Shown here piece after piece: positions 59,694-64,000 of a stretch of 64,000 bases of DNA. The position numbers were made by a program, and so were the translations under genes. A model generated the notes under the pieces. That model saw only the letters and a list, made by a program, of their open reading frames with translations. It was not told the DNA's origin and ran no database searches. The first letter of the stretch is position 1, and every line of letters starts with the position of its first letter. Source of the DNA: Chitinophagales bacterium (lineage in GTDB: Bacteria; Bacteroidota; Bacteroidia; Chitinophagales; UBA10324); NCBI GenBank assembly GCA_044227805.1, contig JBGAWA010000002.1, positions 16,654-80,653 of the forward strand, given 5' to 3'.

Positions 59694-62531
59694 TCACCTC
59701 TCAAATGCTTTGTCAATAATCTCCACCTGTTCTTTTGCATGCAGTTTTGAAAAACCAGTGGCCGGTGAAGCACTCGCTTTACGGGTGATGTTGAACAGCT
59801 CCCCGTTTTTCCAGTTCATTTTCATAAATGCATAAGCACCCATGTTGTTAGGTTCTTCTTGCACCCAGATGAAACGGGCCGTTTTATACCTTGCGGAAAT
59901 CGCGTCTAATTGTTTTTGCGGAAACGGATACAACTGTTCCATCCGTACTATTGCCACATCCTCCCGTTTAACTTTTTCCTGCCGTTCGAGCAGATCGTAA
60001 TAAATTTTCCCGGTACAAAGCAACACACGGCGCACTTTGGCAGCATCTGTAATAGTGGTATCATCCATCACTTCCCGAAATCCGCCTTGGGTCATTTCCT
60101 GTAAGTCGCTCACGCACTTAGGATGACGCAACAAGCTCTTCGGGCTCATCACGATCAGCGGTTTGCGAAACGGACGATACAGCTGACGCCGTAATACGTG
60201 AAAGAAATTGGCGGGCGTCGTAATATTCACTACCGACATATTGTATTCCGCCGACTGCTGCAAAAATCTCTCAAGCCTTGCACTGGAATGCTCAGGACCT
60301 TGTCCTTCATACCCGTGCGGTAACAGCATCGTCAGGCCGCTCATGCGCTGCCACTTGCTTTCGGAAGCAATGATAAACTGATCAATAATAGTTTGCGCGC
60401 CATTGCTGAAATCGCCGAACTGCGCTTCCCAGATGGTGAGTGTTTGCGGATTGGCTAATGCATAGCCGAATTCAAAACCCAGCACGGCGAATTCAGAAAG
60501 GAGTGAATTGTAAATCATGAACTTGCCCTGCCTGTCACTCAACGCGCTCAGCCTGTTGTACCCTTTATTGTTCGACTCATCATAAATGACTGCATGCCGG
60601 TGAGAAAAGGTACCCCTGATAGCATCCTGCCCGCTAAGCCGCACATCATGGCCTTCGAGCAGCAAGGAACCATACGCCATCAATTCGCCCCATGCCCAAT
60701 CCACCTTCTTTTCTTTCTCGAAAAAATCTTTGCCTCTCTGCAGTATTTGTTCAATTTTCTTTAACGGATCAAACCCTTCGGGAATAGTGGTGATTTTCCT
60801 GGCGATCAGCGAAAGTGTTTCAGCCGGAACCGCTGTTTCCGGCGAGGCATCAAAATCCTCCGGGTTCGATTTGCGTAATTTTTTCCAGGCCAGCTCAGGT
60901 TCCTGATAGGTATAGGGCAAAGGGTTTTGCTTTACAAAATCCAGTCGGTCCTGCAGTTGTTTCCAAAAGCTCTTATCCATTTCCTTCGCCAGCTCGGCAT
61001 CAATATCACCTCGATCCATCAGAATTTTTGAATACACCTCCCGCGGATTTTGATGTTTGGATATAGCATCATACAACTTCGGTTGCGTGAACTTCGGATC
61101 ATCGCCTTCATTATGTCCATAACGCCGGTAACAAACCATGTCCACGAAAATATCTTTGTTAAAACGCTGCCGGTATTCCACTGCCAGCTCCACGGCAAAT
61201 ACCACCGCTTCCGGATCATCGCCATTCACATGCATCACCGGTGCCATCACCGTGGAGGCGTAACTCGTGCAGTAGTTGGAGGTGCGTGCATCATCAAAAT
61301 CAGTGGTGAACCCGATCTGGTTATTGATGACAAAATGAAGGGTGCCGCCGGTGGAATAGCCATGAAGCTGCGACATCTGCAGGCATTCATACACTACGCC
61401 CTGTCCGGCCACCGCCGCATCGCCGTGAATGATTACCGGCAGAATGGAGTCATATTCACCGCCATACAGCGTGTCGGCTTTTGCCCGGGTGAACCCGCTC
61501 ACCACCGGATTGACGGCCTCGAGGTGTGATGGATTAGGAGAGAGCTTGAGATAGATTTTCCTGGAAGAGGTCGTCTCCAGTTCCGATGAATAACCAAGGT
61601 GATATTTTACGTCACCGTCGCCCATCGTGGTATCAGGATTTACATTGCCTTCAAATTCATTAAAAATATTCTCATACGTTTTGCCCATGATATTGGCGAG
61701 CACATTCAGTCTTCCGCGGTGTGCCATGCCCATGGTGATCTCCTGCACACCGGACGCTGCCGCTTTATTAATGATAGCATCCAGTGCGGCAATCGTGGTT
61801 TCGCCGCCTTCCAGCGAAAACCGTTTCTGGCCAATGTATTTCGTGCCCAGAAATTTTTCAAACACCACGGCATCATTCAGCTTCGAGAGGATCCTTTTTT
61901 TCTGATCGAGCGAAAATTGCATGTTGGCATAACCATTCTCAAACCGTTCTTTCAGCCACTGCAACTCTTCAGGCTCCACTAAGTAGGTGTATTCAATACC
62001 AATAGACCGGCAATAAATTTTCTGTAAGCGGTCAAGTATCTGATGCAGCGTAGTTTTTCCGAGCCCCAGGAAGTTGCCGGCATAAAATTCCTGTTGCAGG
62101 TCGGTATCCGACAATCCAAAAAACGACAGGTCGAGATTCGCATGCCGGTCTTTGCGCTGACGGATTGGGTTGGTATGGCTGACCAGGTGTCCTTTTTCCC
62201 GGTAGGCACAGATGAGCTGATACACGCCGGATTCACGTGCCAGGTCAACCTGCACCTGAACCTCCGGTGCCGCAACGGCGGAAAGATTATCCTGTTTATC
62301 CGAATCCGTTTCCGCAACGATGATTTTATCGGTGCCGGCATCCGTGAATGTTGCGGTCACCTGGTTTCCGTTCGCGGAAAGATTGCTCACCGCAAAATCA
62401 AACCCTTCAAAAAATTTCTTCCATTCCACCTCCACGGTGGTTGGATCATTTTTGAATTGCTGATAGAGAGATTCAATATAGGCAGGTTCTGCGTTGGATA
62501 GGTAAGAGAAGGTGTTCATGGCTGTAGTCAA
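59694..62531 (-). CDS. sucA: 2-oxoglutarate dehydrogenase E1 component
   Basis: FSYLSNAEPAYIESLY N-terminus, GMAHRGRLNVL, HGDAAVAGQGVV and LPHGYEGQGPEHSSARLERFLQ motifs. The start could instead be the ATG at 62519. Confidence 0.95.
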   Translation of the reverse strand: MTTAMNTFSYLSNAEPAYIESLYQQFKNDPTTVEVEWKKFFEGFDFAVSNLSANGNQVTATFTDAGTDKIIVAETDSDKQDNLSAVAAPEVQVQVDLARESGVYQLICAYREKGHLVSHTNPIRQRKDRHANLDLSFFGLSDTDLQQEFYAGNFLGLGKTTLHQILDRLQKIYCRSIGIEYTYLVEPEELQWLKERFENGYANMQFSLDQKKRILSKLNDAVVFEKFLGTKYIGQKRFSLEGGETTIAALDAIINKAAASGVQEITMGMAHRGRLNVLANIMGKTYENIFNEFEGNVNPDTTMGDGDVKYHLGYSSELETTSSRKIYLKLSPNPSHLEAVNPVVSGFTRAKADTLYGGEYDSILPVIIHGDAAVAGQGVVYECLQMSQLHGYSTGGTLHFVINNQIGFTTDFDDARTSNYCTSYASTVMAPVMHVNGDDPEAVVFAVELAVEYRQRFNKDIFVDMVCYRRYGHNEGDDPKFTQPKLYDAISKHQNPREVYSKILMDRGDIDAELAKEMDKSFWKQLQDRLDFVKQNPLPYTYQEPELAWKKLRKSNPEDFDASPETAVPAETLSLIARKITTIPEGFDPLKKIEQILQRGKDFFEKEKKVDWAWGELMAYGSLLLEGHDVRLSGQDAIRGTFSHRHAVIYDESNNKGYNRLSALSDRQGKFMIYNSLLSEFAVLGFEFGYALANPQTLTIWEAQFGDFSNGAQTIIDQFIIASESKWQRMSGLTMLLPHGYEGQGPEHSSARLERFLQQSAEYNMSVVNITTPANFFHVLRRQLYRPFRKPLIVMSPKSLLRHPKCVSDLQEMTQGGFREVMDDTTITDAAKVRRVLLCTGKIYYDLLERQEKVKREDVAIVRMEQLYPFPQKQLDAISARYKTARFIWVQEEPNNMGAYAFMKMNWKNGELFNITRKASASPATGFSKLHAKEQVEIIDKAFER

Positions 62532-62615
62532 TCGGTAAAGTTAGTGTTTCAGGTAGGAAATGCTTCCAACCCGTCAATGGCAGTATTCAATCATGGCATG
62601 GTGGAATTTTTCAAT

Positions 62616-62778
62616 TTAACCCGGATTTTTCAATGGAAAAATCCCGCTTCGCTGCGACTTAGAACTGCTAAGGGTTTGCTCATCTTTTTCAAGATAAGAA
62701 AATGTTTCACAAACCCTAAGCAGTTCTACGTCGGGGTTAAACCCGTTGCCGCTTTGAACTGCAAAATGTGGGTTTAAA
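62616..62778 (+). repeat. Structured ~160-bp intergenic repeat, full copy (sub-family I), forward orientation (reference copy)
   Basis: ttaacccggatttttcaatggaaaaatcccgcttcgctgcgacttagaactgctaagggtttgctcatctttttcaagataagaaaatgtttcacaaaccctaagcagttctacgtcggggttaaacccgttgccgctttgaactgcaaaatgtgggtttaaa. Preceded at 62603-62615 by a partial duplicate (ggaatttttcaat). Confidence 0.9.
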
Positions 62779-62886
62779 AGTCCGGATTCCATCCAGCCAT
62801 TTGTCATAACAGTACCGTTCAAATGTGCCGGACAGTTCCTGTTATTTATTAATCCTATTCATATCATGCGGTGAAATGCAAAGGCT

Positions 62887-63807
62887 TTACACGGGCTGAA
62901 CCGTCTTTCCCTTCACATAATAACCTGAACCGTCATACCTTCTTTTGCGTGGATGCTGCCGGCAGGCATCGCTGCAGGTGCCTTCATATTTCCATCCGCA
63001 TGCTTCGCACATGGCAAAATGATTATTGCATTCCGGGTTGGCACAATTCACCATCCTGGCGGAGGCGGTTCCGCAACGAAGACAATGAGAAATGATGGTG
63101 GGATTCACTGCATTCACGTCAACAGTGATGCGTTCATCAAACACATAGCATTTGCCGTCGAAGTCTTTGCCTCCTGTTTGTTTGCCGTATTCGATGATGC
63201 CGCCATGAAGGTGATAAACATCCCGGAAGCCGTTTTCCAGCAAGAAAGCGGTAGCTTTCTCGCAACGAATGCCACCGGTGCAATAAGCGAGGATCTTTTT
63301 GTTTTTGAATTTTTCCAGTTCCGGCAACCATTGCGGCAGATCGCGGAAGTGATCAATCGGCAGCGCTACGGCATTATTAAATTTGCCCACTTCCCATTCA
63401 ATTTTGTTTCGTACATCCAGCACCACTGTATCAGGATCATCTTTCAACTGTTGAAAAACAGCAGGTTCCAGATATTTGCCGGAATGCTCCCATACATTCA
63501 CTTCCGGCCTGTTGAAATTGACGATTTCTTTCTTATACCTCACAAAGATTTTAGCCAGCGAGGGAGTGTCCTCTTCATCAATTTTAAAAACCATATCGGC
63601 AAAGCGAGGGTCGCTATGCAGGTGATCTATATATTGCAGGCATTGTTCCGATGTGCCGGAAGCGGTGCCGTTTAAGCCTTCGTCGGCAACGATGATTCTT
63701 CCTTTGATGCCAATGGACTTGCAGAATTGCAGATGATCGGTTGCGAATTTTTCAGCTTCAAGTATCCGTACGTACTTGTAGAAGAGCAGGGAGCAGTATG
63801 GTTTCAT
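62887..63807 (-). CDS. trhO: Rhodanese-domain tRNA uridine(34) hydroxylase (TrhO/YceA, UPF0176)
   Basis: LLFYKY...GRIIVADEGLNGT N-terminus, rhodanese CTGGIRCEKA active-site loop and a C-terminal Cys-rich tail. Confidence 0.85.
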   Translation of the reverse strand: MKPYCSLLFYKYVRILEAEKFATDHLQFCKSIGIKGRIIVADEGLNGTASGTSEQCLQYIDHLHSDPRFADMVFKIDEEDTPSLAKIFVRYKKEIVNFNRPEVNVWEHSGKYLEPAVFQQLKDDPDTVVLDVRNKIEWEVGKFNNAVALPIDHFRDLPQWLPELEKFKNKKILAYCTGGIRCEKATAFLLENGFRDVYHLHGGIIEYGKQTGGKDFDGKCYVFDERITVDVNAVNPTIISHCLRCGTASARMVNCANPECNNHFAMCEACGWKYEGTCSDACRQHPRKRRYDGSGYYVKGKTVQPV

Positions 63808-64000
63808 AACACTAAACCGGGTGTAAACCGGATTATTTGGTAATGTGCCGCAAAAATAATCAATGTTGCCAAGTTGTTGGCGCGGTGCGCTGAAAAGCAG
63901 CGGACAGCCCGCATTTCATGGCCTGATCAAGGTTATAGCGTTTACGAGAAGAGTACATTGTAGTCACGCTCTTCGATGTTTTATCTTGTAGTACAGTGGG

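Noticed and set aside
4417-62778. Whether the recurring repeat could be a CRISPR array
   Set aside because: Copies are ~160 bp, kilobases apart, in both orientations and separated by ordinary genes. There is no regular repeat-spacer periodicity and no cas genes.

Overview
This is a 64-kb chromosomal window from a Bacteroidota genome, probably Chitinophagia or Sphingobacteriia. That placement is inferred from at least seven proteins with Por/T9SS C-terminal sorting domains, a SusC/SusD pair, a PadR-PspC module and an NDH-1 operon lacking nuoEFG. About 50 CDS are supported. Housekeeping genes include nrdJ, serS, iscS-iscU-iscA, pheS, gcvT, crcB, nuoABCDHIJKL, recR, sucA, trhO and a methylmalonyl-CoA epimerase. 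These are interspersed with secreted or surface proteins: a multicopper oxidase, an ASST-like propeller, an esterase, a CotH kinase-like protein, a BNR/Asp-box protein and a 1313-aa adhesin-like protein. I found no rRNA, tRNA, CRISPR array, transposase or integrase. The most unusual signal is non-coding. A roughly 160-bp, strongly structured repeat occurs as 5 near-full copies, 2 rearranged copies and many single-module fragments, all in intergenic DNA, including inside the nuo operon. It has two sub-families that differ by a compensatory base-pair change. I do not recognise it as a named family. Other observations: four reading-frame lesions clustered in about 490 bp across the susC 3' end and susD 5' end; a nuo operon that stops after nuoL with no nuoM/nuoN; a possible frameshift or fusion at a GT2/sugar-transferase junction; and a PLP-decarboxylase plus eukaryote-like D-amino-acid oxidase gene pair. 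All functional calls rest on motifs I recognise in the translations, because no database search was possible.
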